A DNA stretch of 64,000 nucleotides, from assembly GCF_006345805.1 (NCBI RefSeq), contig NC_043005.1:108190001-108254000 (forward strand), read 5' to 3'. Each line of letters opens with the position of its first letter. The first letter of the stretch is position 1. A program made the translations under genes and the position numbers. Source of the stretch: Octopus sinensis. Lineage: Eukaryota. Shown one piece after another: positions 39,165 to 52,525 of this stretch. The notes beneath the pieces were generated by a model. That model saw only the letters and a list, made by a program, of their open reading frames with translations, searched no databases and was not told the DNA's origin.

Positions 39165-39670
39165 CTTCTTCTTCTTCTTCTTCTTCTTCTTCTTCTTCTT
39201 CTTCGTCTTCTCCTTTTCTTCTTTATCTCCTTTTTCTTCTTCTTCTTCATCTTCTTCATCTTCTTTTTCTTCTTCTTCTACTTCGTCTTCTTCTTTTCTT
39301 CTTTATCTTCTTCTTTTTCTTTTTCTTTTTCTTCTACTTCGTCTTCTCCTTTTCTTCTGTTTCTTCTTTTTCTTCTTCTTCTTCTTCAACTTCAACTTCT
39401 TCTTCATCTTCACCTTCTTCTTCATCTTCATCTTCTTCTTCTTCATCTTCATCTTCTTCTTCATCTTCATCTTCTTCTTCTTCTTCTTCTTCTTCTTCTT
39501 CTTCTTCTTCTTCTTCTACTTCGTCTTCTTTTCTTCTTCTTCTTTTCTTCTTCTTCTTCTTCTACTTCTTCTTCTCCTTTTCTTCTTCTTTTCTTTTTCT
39601 TCTTCATTTTCTTCTTCTTCTTCTTCTTTCTTTTTCTTCTTCTTCTCCTCCTCCTCCTCCTCCTCCTCAT
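39165..39670. repeat. Compound (TTC)n microsatellite
   Basis: Direct reading. Confidence 0.95.
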
Positions 39671-39833
39671 TCGCTTTCTCCTCACGTTAGCCTGTCGTTT
39701 AACCCCAGGCCACTCCTGTTTAAGCAGACCCATATTCGAAATAACTTAATCGATGACCATCTTATCTTACGTAAGTTACAATGCATCTAGGGCTACATTT
39801 ATACTGGACAGACATGCTTCCTTCTTTTACAAG

Positions 39834-39900
39834 AGAAGGACGTGATCTGAGAGAGATGTGGTTACTATATCTACCAAGTCCTAAGACCATAAAGAAGCAG
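39834..39900 (+). CDS. Candidate coding exon (-EGRDLREMWLLYLPSPKTIKKQ), phase 2 to 0
   Basis: Acceptor ttccttcttttacaag, donor CAG|gtttgt; only phase 2 open, matching 36963-37004. Confidence 0.6.
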
Positions 39901-40127
39901 GTTTGTTGCCCTTTTCTAAATGGTGTATATGATGCTAACTTGTGACTTAATCATGTAGAATGTGATTAGAAAGTATACTAACATATCAATCAATTATATG
40001 GTTATAATACTCTTAATTATTTATTAGTAATATCTCTTTATTTTAAATATTTATGTTGGCATTTTCTATATTTTAGATTTTGCAATAACTATTACACCAT
40101 AGCTCTGTTATTATTTTTCATTTTATA

Positions 40128-40512
40128 CGGTGGCGAGCTGGCAGAAACGTTAGCACACTGGGAGAAATCCTTAGCAGTACTTTTTCTGCCGCTACGTTCT
40201 GAGTTCAAGTTCCGCCGAGGTCGACTTTGCCTTTCATCCTATTGGGGTTGATGAAATAAGTACCGGTTGTGCACTGGGGTCGATGTAATCAACTATCCCC
40301 CTTACACACAAAAATTTTCAAGGCCTTGTGCCTAGAGTAGAAAAAATTATTTCTATATATGAGTTCAAGTTCTGCCGAGGTCGACTTTGCTTTTCTTCCT
40401 ATCGGGGTTGATGAAATAAGTACCAGTTGTGTGCTGGGGTCGATGTAATCGACTAGCCCCCTTACACACAAAAATTTTCAAGGCCTTGTGCCTAGAGTAG
40501 AAATAATTATTT
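40128..40512 (+). mobile_element. SINE family B with 160-bp tandem duplication of its 3' part
   Basis: 40201-40352 repeated at 40361-40512. Confidence 0.85.
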
Positions 40513-40614
40513 TTCATTTTATATTCTATACAAGTTGCTGTTTTAATATTACGTTCTTGATACTTCTGTCATTATTTCTTATATTAAAGAGATTTCTTTT
40601 GCTATCTTTTTTTA

Positions 40615-40990
40615 TTCTTTTATTTCTTTTAGTCATTTGACTGTGGTCATGCTGGAGCATTGCCTTTTAGTTGAACAAATTGACCCCTAGGACTTATTCT
40701 TTGTAAGCCTAGTACTTATTCTATCAGTCTTTTTTGCTGAACCACTAAGTTACGGGGATGTGAACACACCAACATTGGTTGTCAAGCGATGGTGTGGGGA
40801 CAAACACAGACACACAAACATATACATATACGGTGGGCTTCTTTCAGTTTCCGTCTACCAAATTCACTCACAAGGCTTTGGTCAGCCCGAGACTATAGTA
40901 GAAGACACTTGCTCAAGGTGCCACACAGTGTGATTGAACCCAGAACCATGTGGTTGGTAAGTGAGCTACTTACCACACAGCCATGCCTGC
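40615..40990 (-). mobile_element. SINE family A
   Basis: Homologous to 7455-7850. Confidence 0.9.
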
Positions 40991-41184
40991 ACCTATGTAT
41001 ATATTCTAGATATTTTTTCGCTATTTCTTTATTTTAAATATTCATGTTTTTTTTATATTATACTGAAGATACTTCTGTTGTTATTTCTTATATTCAAAAC
41101 TTTCAGTTACTATTTTCCATATCAAAGATATTCTGTGGCTATTTACTATATTTCAAGTAATAATGTTGATAACATCTGTGCCGC

Positions 41185-41815
41185 CAATGTTATCCAAGGA
41201 AAAGGCAAAGGCCGATACAGCTTAGCGCCTGTGATGTCGCAACTCATTTCAACAGATGAAGGAACTGGAGCAACATGAAATAAAGTTTCTTGCTCAAAAA
41301 CACAACACGTAGCCTGGTTCAGAAATTGAAATCATTACCTTATGATTGTAAACGTGACGCTCTAACCACTGAGCCATGCAACTTCATGATGATAAAGAAG
41401 CAGAGGATTAGGGAATGGATGATGCTGATGATAATACTGCTTATAAGTGTTATTTCTGTAGTAGTTTTTATTAAAGTAGTGTGAAGGCTCAGTGGTTAGA
41501 GCATTGGGCTTATGATTTGTGAGGTTGTGAGTTCGATTCCTGCACTGGGCTGTGTGTTGTGTTCTTGAGTAAAACACTTTATTTCACGTTGCTTCAGTTC
41601 ACTCAGCTGTAGAAAAGAGTTGCGATGTCACTGGTGCTATTTCTCTTGAATGACATTGATGGCATGGAGAGTGAAGCCTGGTATGCATGGGCGACTGCTG
41701 GTTTTCCATAAAAGCAACCCTAGGTTGTGCGTTCACCAGTGATGTGACTTCCCACATAGACTTGTATCCCAGAGGAGAACCTCTTTGGTGTACCCATGGT
41801 CATTCATGACCGACA
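41185..41815. mobile_element. Two divergent SINE family D copies (41185-41382 minus, 41484-41815 plus)
   Basis: Homologous to 21557-21895. Confidence 0.75.
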
Positions 41816-42130
41816 GAGTCGAGTTTAGTAACGATAACGGTGGAAGTAACACTCCGGTAGAGCCTGCTAAAATGCATAATACACATGACCATCCTGTCTC
41901 TTACAAACAGATTACCTAAGACCACATTACCTAAAGCATCCTTTTGTCAGACAGAAGAATTTTGGTTGCTGTTTCTAGCAGTCTAAAAGACCATGTAGAT
42001 ACTTCTCTTTTGGTTGTGTTGTAGCGATGATAATGATGATGATGATGACGACGATGGTGATGATGATGATGGTGTTGACGATGACGATGATGATGATGAA
42101 GATGATGATGATGATAAAGATGATGTTGAT

Positions 42131-42167
<37 letters not shown>

Positions 42168-42251
42168 GATGATGATGATGATGATATGAATGATGATGAT
42201 CGCATTAATGGGGGATGTTGTTCTTGTTACACTTATTATTGATATAGTAGC

Positions 42252-42309
<58 letters not shown>

Positions 42310-42619
42310 CTAGCAGTAGTTGCAGCAGTGATGTTGGTTATGGTGTTGATGCCGGTTCTGATCTTGGTGGTGTAGGTGGTGGAGAATTAGCTCTCCCTGT
42401 GATGTTCAAGCCAAGAATCAATGGAAGACTCGCCTGAAAATATCGTCAAAAGAAATAAGATGAAGTCTTTGATTGTCTGAGATATTGGATGATATTGAAT
42501 TGAAGAATGGTCTGTTTATTTTAGTTCGATGAATTCCATTCTGAAGGATTACATTCAAACATTCAATACACGGCTTTTGGTCAAGATATCAGTTTAGAGA
42601 TACCGAATAAATACATATG

Positions 42620-42660
<41 letters not shown>

Positions 42661-43201
42661 AGACACGCACGCACACACATCACACAAGCATACACATAGA
42701 CATATATGGAAATGTGCATGTGTATGGGTGTATGTATTTACATATACATATATATGCATACATATTTTTACATATATATATGTATACATGTATATATATA
42801 TATGTGCGTGCGTGTGTGTATGTGTAATGTATATATGCATATATGTGCATATATATGTATGTGTTTGTGTGTGTGTAATGTATTTATGCATATATGTGTG
42901 TATAGAAATATATGTGTGTGCGTATGTATGTATGTATGTGCAATGTATATATATGTATATATGTGTATATATATTTATGTGCATGTGTGTGCAATGTATA
43001 TATGCATATATGTGTATATATATATGTGTATGTGTATGTATGTGTAAAGTATATATGCATATATGTGTATACATATATGTATGTATATGCAATGTATATA
43101 TGCATATATGTGTGTATATTTATATATATATATGTATATATATTTACATGTGTGTATGTATGTGCAATGTATAGATGCATATATGTGTATATATATATAT
43201 G

Positions 43202-43241
<40 letters not shown>

Positions 43242-43984
43242 TATCTGTGTGCGTGTGAGTGTGTATATGTATATATATGTGCATGTACTTGTAGATAGAT
43301 ATATAGATAGATCATTTTTATGTATATATGGTTTCTTTTTCTTTCCATTAATTTTCTATTCAACATTTCATTTATAATTTTACATTTCTTTCCTGTTTTT
43401 CTTTTTATCATCACATATTTATTTCACATTCTCTCTCCTCCTCTCTCTCTCCCCCTCTCTCTTTCCTCTTCTCTCCCTCTCTCTCTCTCTCTCTCTCTAT
43501 CGCACGCACTCACACATATAAAACCATTCACTCTAACTCTTTCACTATTATTTCATTGCCTTTTATTGTTGCGGCTGTTTTTGTTATTGATATTGTTGCC
43601 GTTGTTATTGTTTATTTAACATTGTTATTGCTGGTTGTGGTCTTTATGTGTTGTTTAGGTTGTTGTTGTTGTTGTTGTTGTTGTATTCAGTGAGGATGTT
43701 GTTATTGTTGCGGTTATGATCAGTGACGTTTTACTTGTTGTTGTAACCCTAAATGGTGATGGTGTTGTTGTTGTTGTTGTTTGAGGGTGGTATTGAGGTG
43801 ATGTGTGTTTTTTTTTTGCTGTTTGGCTATTTTTATTATTGCTGTTATTATTGTTGTTGTTATTTCATGTATGATAATATCATTTGGGAGATTGGAACGA
43901 AGTTTGGTGATAAAGTTATCATAGGAAGTGAAAAGAAAAATAATGGTATGAGACGAAGGAGAGGAGGGAAGACATGTACAAGAA

Positions 43985-43986
43985 AG

Positions 43987-44045
<59 letters not shown>

Positions 44046-44058
44046 ATAATACTAATAC

Positions 44059-44094
<36 letters not shown>

Positions 44095-44167
44095 TAATAA
44101 TAATAATAATAATTATAATAATAATAATAATCATAATAACAATAATAATAATAATAATAATAATAAT

Positions 44168-44200
<33 letters not shown>

Positions 44201-44432
44201 TATAATAATAATAATAATCATAATAACAATAATAATAATAATAATAATAATTATAATAATAATAATATCATAATAATAAAATAATAATAATAATAATAAT
44301 AATCATAATAACAATAATAATATAATAATAATAATAATAATAATAACAATCATAATAATAATAATAATAATAATAATAATATAATAATAATAATAAAATA
44401 ATAATAATAATAATAATAATAATCATAATAAC

Positions 44433-44465
<33 letters not shown>

Positions 44466-44501
44466 CATATAATAATAATAAAATAATAATCATAATAATA
44501 A

Positions 44502-44543
<42 letters not shown>

Positions 44544-44775
44544 TCATAATAACAATAATAATAATAATAATAATAAAATAATAATAATAATAATAATCAT
44601 AATAATAATATAATAATAATAATAATAATAACATAATAACAATAATAATAATAATAATAATAATTATAATAATAATAATAATAATAATTAATAATAATAA
44701 TCATAATAACAATAATAATAATAATATAATAAAAATAATAATAATAATAATAATTAATAATAATAATAATAATAA

Positions 44776-44813
<38 letters not shown>

Positions 44814-45041
44814 TAATCATAATAATAATAATAATAATTATAATAATAATAAATAATCATAATAATAATAATAATATGGGCTTCGTATATTTTACCCCAG
44901 TGTCACTTTGATGGCATGAACTGCTCTCTCACTCAATGATAATAATAATAATCATAATAATAAAATAATAATAATAATAATAATAATAATAATCATAATA
45001 ACAATAATAATAATAGTAATAATAATAATAATAATAATATC

Positions 45042-45087
<46 letters not shown>

Positions 45088-45121
45088 TAATCATAATAAT
45101 AATAATAATAATAATAATATC

Positions 45122-45153
<32 letters not shown>

Positions 45154-45211
45154 CATAATAACAATAATAATAATAATAATAATAATAATAATTATAATAA
45201 TAATAATAATC

Positions 45212-45249
<38 letters not shown>

Positions 45250-45290
45250 TACAATAACAATAATAATAATAATAGCAACAACAACAATGA
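43985..45290. repeat. 1.3-kb compound (TAA)n array
   Basis: Direct reading; 65-bp interruption at ~44875-44940 matches ~46010-46080. Confidence 0.95.
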
Positions 45291-46084
45291 TAAAAATGGT
45301 TTCAAATTTTGGCACACGACCAGCAACTTAGGGGGAGGAGGTATGTCAATTACATCGACCCCAGTACACAACTGGTATTTATTTTATTGATTCTGTAAGG
45401 ATTGACAGGCAAAGAATGTAAAGCAGGATGAAATGCCACTGAGCATTTTGCTTGGCAGCTCACCTTAATTATGATGATGATGATGAGGTGGAGGAGGAGG
45501 GGGGAGGGGGAGGATAATCGTGATGATGATGATACTAATGATGATTTCATTTATTTGCCACAAGGGCGATGGATGAGAGGGATAATGGAGTGACAGACAT
45601 AAAGTGTGGGGGTTTACAGCAAAGATTCTGCTCAATACCACAAATTTGCTTGTCAGTGGTTTGACCTTAACCAGTTGAGTATGTCCCTTAGTGGCTGACG
45701 ATATGTGTATCTCTGATCCTGAGCAGAAGTAGTGAGGGAGCATCATAGCCATGTGCTGAGAGGGACTCGTTGGGGTTTGGATAATTCACCTTTGGAAACA
45801 TGTGTGATTTGTTCAACATTCTTAAACAACCCTTATTCAGAGACCTTTTGAGTGGGATGGGCTTCTCGACAAGAAGAAAATTCTAACTGGGCCCCACCTG
45901 CAAGGCCATGTACTGTTTTTCCTGATATGAGATCACCATGTCATGCACATATGGTTGTGATGCATGTGCCTGGTGTACCCTTATCAGACAGGTAGTCATG
46001 ATGGGTATATTGGGTTTCGTATAATTCTACCCCAGTGTCACTTTGATGGCATGCACTGCTCTCTCACTCAATGATAATAACAAC

Positions 46085-46213
46085 AACGTCATTCCAATAG
46101 TTGTTGGGGCATTCAGAGCACTAACAACCAATAAGGAAATAATAAAAAAGTATACATGGTATACACTGGAAAGGAAGGGACATATGCATAGCATACAATG
46201 ATAATAATAATAG

Positions 46214-46310
<97 letters not shown>

Positions 46311-46390
46311 AATACTAATACTAATAATAATAATAATAATAATAACGATAATAATAATAATAATAAAAATAGTAATAATAATACTAATAC

Positions 46391-46463
<73 letters not shown>

Positions 46464-46497
46464 AATACTAATAATAATAATAATAATAATAAAAAAA

Positions 46498-46542
<45 letters not shown>

Positions 46543-46820
46543 TCATTCCAGTAGTTGTAAGAGAATTTGGTGCATTAACAACCAGGTTCGAGAGCAGAGC
46601 AAGTCCAAAATACTGTTCTGCTGTGTACAGCTAGGATTCTGAGACTGGTACTTGGATGTTGAATATCTCCCACTACAATTAACAACCAAGTATCAAAGCT
46701 TATTATGTGTGGAAAGAGACACTGTGATACCTCTCACAGCAGGCTGCTGTCCTCTCTTACAGAATCTACCAGAACAAACAAAACTAAGCATTCTGAGAAT
46801 TAAAACAACAATAATAATAA
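46085..46820 (+). mobile_element. Two R4/Dong-like 3' fragments separated by a (TAA)n array
   Basis: VIPIVVGAF at ~46089 and VIPVVV...VQNTVLLCTARILRLVL at ~46541-46655. Confidence 0.6.
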
Positions 46821-47050
46821 TAACCCTTTCTACTAAAAGCACAAGGCCTGTAATTTCAGTGGGGTGGTATGTCGATTATACTGACCTCAGTACACAACTG
46901 GTACTTATTTTAATGCCCCCTAAGAAAGAAAAACAAAGTCAAAGTTTGCTGAGTTTGAACTCAGAATGTAAAGACAGACAGGATGTTTGGTAAGCATTTT
47001 GCCCAGCATGCTAACAACTCTGCCAGCTCGCCACTTTAATAATGATGATG

Positions 47051-47155
<105 letters not shown>

Positions 47156-48775
47156 ATTATAATGGTGCCTGTGGCACGTAAAAAGCGTCCACTACACTCT
47201 CGGAGTGGTTGGCGTTAGGAAGGGCGTTCAGCTGTAGAAATTCTGCCAGATCAAGACTGGAGCCTGGTGCAACCATCTGGTTCACCAGCCCCCAGTCGAT
47301 ATCGTCCAACCCATGCTAGCACAGAAAGCGGAAGTTAAACGATGATGATGATGATGATGATGATGCTTTGTACTCTTGGCACAAGCTAGCATTTTGATGG
47401 AGTTGAATTTGTTAATTATATAGAAACCATTACTTGACTGTTACTTTATTTTATTGACCTCAAAAGATGAAAGTTAGAATTCAACTCAACTGGATTTGAA
47501 CTCAGGACCTTAAGAGCCAGAAAAAGGTGCCACAATGTATTTTCTTCCAAGAAACCGATGGTAACATTTTAACTACAAATATTCGAGAACGAGTAGAACA
47601 TTATTTGTTGATGTGGAACAATATGTGCATAAGGCACACATGTTTATGAATAGATGATCCTTTGATTATGGCATGTTACAAATTACTAAGAAAAAAAATA
47701 AGAGTTTGAAACAACTGACAACACCTGAAAGACTATAATGGAAACGTCTTGTAGAGCTTTTGCTGAAAAAGGAATTATTGGTTACTGTGAGACTTTTTCA
47801 CGAAGAAGAATTACCCTGGAAACAGCTGTTATTCTGTATGTAAACACTAAGAAGGTTCTCTTTTCTCCCAATTACCAAACTACTAACGTTCTATGACGAA
47901 ACGAAAAACAAAAAGTCTACGATATTTCTTTTTCGTATTTGGTTTCAAGATTCTTTATATGAGTTCGTGTGTTGAAGCATATTCTGTTGCGTCTGGGGAG
48001 AGTCATTCTCATTTAGTGCCTTATTATTTAACAATAGTCTTGACTATTGAAAAGGTTGCAAGACGCAGCGAAAATTTTAGAAAATAAAAATAAATAAGTG
48101 GAAATTTTAGCGGTGATTGTGTTAAATAATAAAGCACTAAAAGAGAATGATTCTCCCCAGACACAACAAAATAGTCTACGAATTTCATCTTTAATGAAAT
48201 GTCACACTTCGTAAAATAATGTTTCCTTAATAACACTCAGACGATTTCTAAAAAGATAGAAATAGTGCTATACATGATTATTAACAATTAGAAAACGTTA
48301 AAACTTTGTAATTAGTAGCAAAGAAACAAATTAAACAATTTGCTAGTATGCAAAAGTCTCGTAAGTCCAAAACGTTGCTTTTTCAGAAAACGAAAAAATA
48401 GTTTCACCATTCCACAACAAAACTCTTGTACTATACTTTGACAATTTTTGATATTTTTAGATCTGAAGCTGCTGAAGATAAGATAGTTTGACCAAAACAA
48501 CCGGCTATTGCAAGAAAAATAAACACTGAAAAAAAAATGGCCAAATTTGACTATACGGCAGTTTAACATAATGGGAACGATGTGAATTCTATGCCACCTT
48601 TTCCTCATAATTCCTTAATTTCAAATCCAAAATTCTAAGTAACACTTCATATTATGAAGCAATTATGTTCTCCCTATCTGTTAAGAAAACATGTTTGAAT
48701 GTACGTGTGTGTGTATATATGTATATGTGTGTGTGTGCATTTATATGTGTGTGTGTGTACGTATATATACATGTG

Positions 48776-48813
<38 letters not shown>

Positions 48814-48911
48814 GGAGTAAACACATAAATGTGAAACAAGGTGGAAAAAAGAGTACTCAAATACCAGTGGTAGAGTAATATGCTTTATTTTAAGCAGCAG
48901 AAAATTCAACA

Positions 48912-48958
48912 AAATCTGTTACTCTGAGTTTCTCGTTGCCGTTCATCAGACAGTTTTT
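48912..48958 (-). ncRNA. Minimal type I hammerhead ribozyme (GUA site)
   Basis: Reverse complement of the 49281-49326 motif. Confidence 0.7.
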
Positions 48959-49280
48959 GCTAGAATGGAACTTATATATTAATTCAATCTATACTCTTAC
49001 AAACGCTACACCTTTAAAAGAAATGGACTTGTTTGATTGGCCCTTTAGAAAAACGGTCAATAAACTCTTCCGTTTTCTCTATAAGACCTTGATATATTGT
49101 TTCCGTGCAGGGATAGGTATATTTTTCTGAGACCGTATATTTTCAAAGGTCTTATAGAGAAAACGGAAGAGTTTATTGACCGTTTTTTCTAAAGGGCCAA
49201 TCAAACAAGTCCATTTCTTTTTAAAGGTGTAGCGTTTGTAAGAGTATAGATTGAATTAATATATAAGTTCCATTCTAGCA

Positions 49281-49326
49281 AAAACTGTCTGATGAACGGC
49301 AACGAGAAACTCAGAGTAACAGATTT
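49281..49326 (+). ncRNA. Minimal type I hammerhead ribozyme (cleavage after 49318)
   Basis: CTGT-CTGATGA-a CG gcaa CG a-GAAA-CTC a GAG-TA-ACAG. Confidence 0.7.
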
Positions 49327-49493
49327 TGTTGAATTTTCTGCTGCTTAAAATAAAGCATATTACTCTACCACTGGTATTTGAGTACTCTTTTTTCCACCTT
49401 GTTTCACATTTATGTGTTTACTCCGGTCTAACCCGCTCCTTGTAAAAGTTTGAGCGACTCTGCACAAGTAGGAAGAACAAACAGCTGAAAAAG

Positions 49494-49607
49494 ATGGAAC
49501 TTTACCCGCTGGATTTTTCTCAGAAAAATATACCTATCCCTGCACGGAAACAATATATCAAAGGTCTTATAGAGAAAACGGAAGAGTTTATTGACCGTTT
49601 TTTCTAA
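49494..49607 (+). pseudogene. 37-aa truncated ORF resembling a PLE ORF N-terminus
   Basis: MELYPLDFSQKNIPIPARKQYIKGLIEKTEEFIDRFF*; the KNIPIP..Y...LIEK.E pattern is recalled from PLE ORFs, not verified by search. Confidence 0.5.
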
Positions 49608-49695
49608 AGGGCCAATCAAACAAGTCCATTTCTTTTTAAAGGTGTAGCGTTTGTAAGAGTATAGATTGAATTAATATATAAGTTCCATTCTAGCA

Positions 49696-49741
49696 AAAAC
49701 TGTCTGATGAACGGCAACGAGAAACTCAGAGTAACAGATTT
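49696..49741 (+). ncRNA. Minimal type I hammerhead ribozyme (cleavage after 49733)
   Basis: Identical to 49281-49326. Confidence 0.7.
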
Positions 49742-49793
49742 TGTTGAATTTTCTGCTGCTTAAAATAAAGTATATATATATATATATATATAT

Positions 49794-49830
<37 letters not shown>

Positions 49831-50684
49831 TATATATGCATATAAGTATAAGTATATTTATTTATGTGTATATATATATGTATGTGTGTGTATATATCTA
49901 CATACACCCACAACACACACATCAGCGCGCGTATATATAACTACTATATATATGAGAAGTTCTGTCTGTGGGTGTGTTTGTGGAGTTGTTAGCTAACTCC
50001 TCGTACACTTTGATGAAACTTGACATGTGAGTAGAACTCGCGTCTAGAAACCTCAAGGCATACTCAGATTGTTTTTTAAAAAAATCGAAAATAGGGCCTC
50101 TGGAAGGGATCCTTATATATATATCTAAATTATTTTGGTAAAAATGAATTGAGTATGCTTATTTCTTAGTATTTAATCTGTTAGAGTTATTTTTGCAATT
50201 TATCCAGTACAATCCTTAAACAAGTAAATAGTATTTTCCTAAATAATAGATCCACTTATTTTAGTTAGTGACTTATTCACGAATATACCAACACTAGCGC
50301 CCCATAGGGCAACATTCTCTGGGAACGCACAAGAGCACTTTTCAGAGTTACTTTGAATTGTTATTATCTTATATCTGATTAGTCTGTTATTACGTAACAT
50401 GTTTCACGATTTAGTATACATATCTTATTAGTATTTTTTCCTATGTTCTATATACTTTGGGAACGCATTAAAGCCCTTTTCGGGACTACTTTATTTGAAT
50501 CCACAATTTGGGTATTCATAACTAATTGGGAATTCCTAAAAGCAAGATAATGTATAAGAGAGTTCGGTATTCTCTGTAAGTGCACAAAAACCGGTTTAAG
50601 GGCTACATACTTTGTATTGTTGTTATTAGATTAGCGAAACAATTATGTGAACTGAACCAAGGGATAAGCCCTGCTTTCCCGGGA

Positions 50685-50764
<80 letters not shown>

Positions 50765-50835
50765 CTCTCTCTCTCTCTCTCTCTATATTATATATAATAT
50801 ATATATATATATATATCTTACCTACCAATCTATCA

Positions 50836-50875
<40 letters not shown>

Positions 50876-50905
50876 CTATCTATCTATATATCTATCTATC
50901 TATCC

Positions 50906-50938
<33 letters not shown>

Positions 50939-50943
50939 CATCC

Positions 50944-51008
<65 letters not shown>

Positions 51009-51062
51009 CCTACCTATCTATCTATCTACCTACCTACCTACCTACCTATCTATCAATCTATC

Positions 51063-51093
<31 letters not shown>

Positions 51094-51120
51094 CTATATA
51101 TCTATCAATCTATATCTCTC
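50685..51120. repeat. (ATCT)n microsatellite array
   Basis: Direct reading. Confidence 0.95.
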
Positions 51121-52085
51121 TCTATATATATATATAACAAAGTGGAGTTGTAGGGTACCGCACGAGTGGAATTATATACGAAAGAAGGTTATTGCCTATT
51201 ATTTTTATGCGTTCTTTTGAGGTACCTACTGTGGTACAACGTATCATCAAAGGTATCTAGCAATTTCAGCCTGCCTTTGCTTCGTTTTAAGCATTAAAGT
51301 TACAGCAACTGGTCCCGTATATTTTCCTTTTTTCATTTGAGATAATTGACACATCTCCTAATATGTCTTGGAGAACTTTTGGCATTATTTGACGCTTGAG
51401 TAAATTTAAACTGCTTCCATCAGTTTTATAGGCAGAATTATGCATGTTTTCTCTTCTCTCTCACCTGGATTATCTCTTGGGGAAAAGAAAAGCAATTCAG
51501 TTTTAAAAATTTGTTTCTTATACATTTTTTCTTGTATGTATGATAGGTCCGATAATTGTTCTATTTGTGCTGGAAGAAGTTTTGTCTTCACAAATTTCCT
51601 GTCCGAATAAGCCACAGTATTTGGAATGGGTAAGTGTTACTACTATTGTTGTTGCTATTTCTGTCTTCCAAATTCCTTTTTTGAGCTTCTTTTAATTGTT
51701 GACTATACTGTTTATTTTCTTCTTCCTCCTGAACATCTGTGTGCTTTGATCGTGTTTGTTTATTTTTTTTATTTATTATTTTTTGCCATTGTAGTGTTTA
51801 ATAATGTGTAATTTTGGATGTGAAAATATAATGTAAGTACAATTTCAAAAGTGTTTGAAGCCGACCGCCTTTTTCTATTGTCCATCCCTGATTATCGAGT
51901 TCAGACCATCCTTTACCAATTGCAGTTCGTTTTAATCGTTTTATAAATACTCCAAAAAGTTTCACTGGTAATACTTGAAATGGTCGTGTTTCTACAAGAG
52001 AATCAAAAGACATTTCGACATTACTAAAGTAAATAATATAATAATAATATAATCAATAATAATTATAATAAGTAATAAGTAGATG

Positions 52086-52118
<33 letters not shown>

Positions 52119-52134
52119 TACTAATAATAATAGG

Positions 52135-52525
52135 TGAATGGTGCATAGGCGAAAGGGACTAATTGCTACCTAACTCAGATACCAGGAAACCCCAAAATGG
52201 CAGAAATTCAAAAGATAGTGCTCATGGGAACTGCTCATATCCTACGCAAATACTCTCTATGTAATCCCAAGGTTTAAAACAAACTTTATTTTATTTATTT
52301 ATTTATTTATTTTATTTTATGATTGATTGATTGATTCTAGTTTCAGCTCATATAATAATATTTTTTTTATTTATATGTATAAGACATTCACTAGTACAAC
52401 ACCAAAAAAAAAAAAACCCAAATATATGACACAGAACTTCCAACCTGTTGTCTCTTGAGGTCTCTGGGTGAGACTTGGAGCCAACTTGTACAGACATAAA
52501 GCAAAAGTCAAACATAGAATAGTAA
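52135..52525 (+). mobile_element. R4/Dong-like 3' end within a (TAA)n array
   Basis: IPGNPKMAEIQKIVLMGTAHILRKY; TAA repeats at ~52085-52130 and ~52522-52568. Confidence 0.7.

Larger units (their letters stand above)
48811..49770. mobile_element. Non-autonomous PLE-type locus: one inverted and two tandem terminal repeats, each with an HHR
   Basis: 48811-49090 vs reverse complement 49146-49427; third copy 49518-49770; (TA)n on both flanks; short ORF 49494-49607. Confidence 0.85.

Noticed and set aside
39061-39790. 200+ aa ORFs rich in Phe/Ser/Leu
   Set aside because: All three frames of a (TTC)n array
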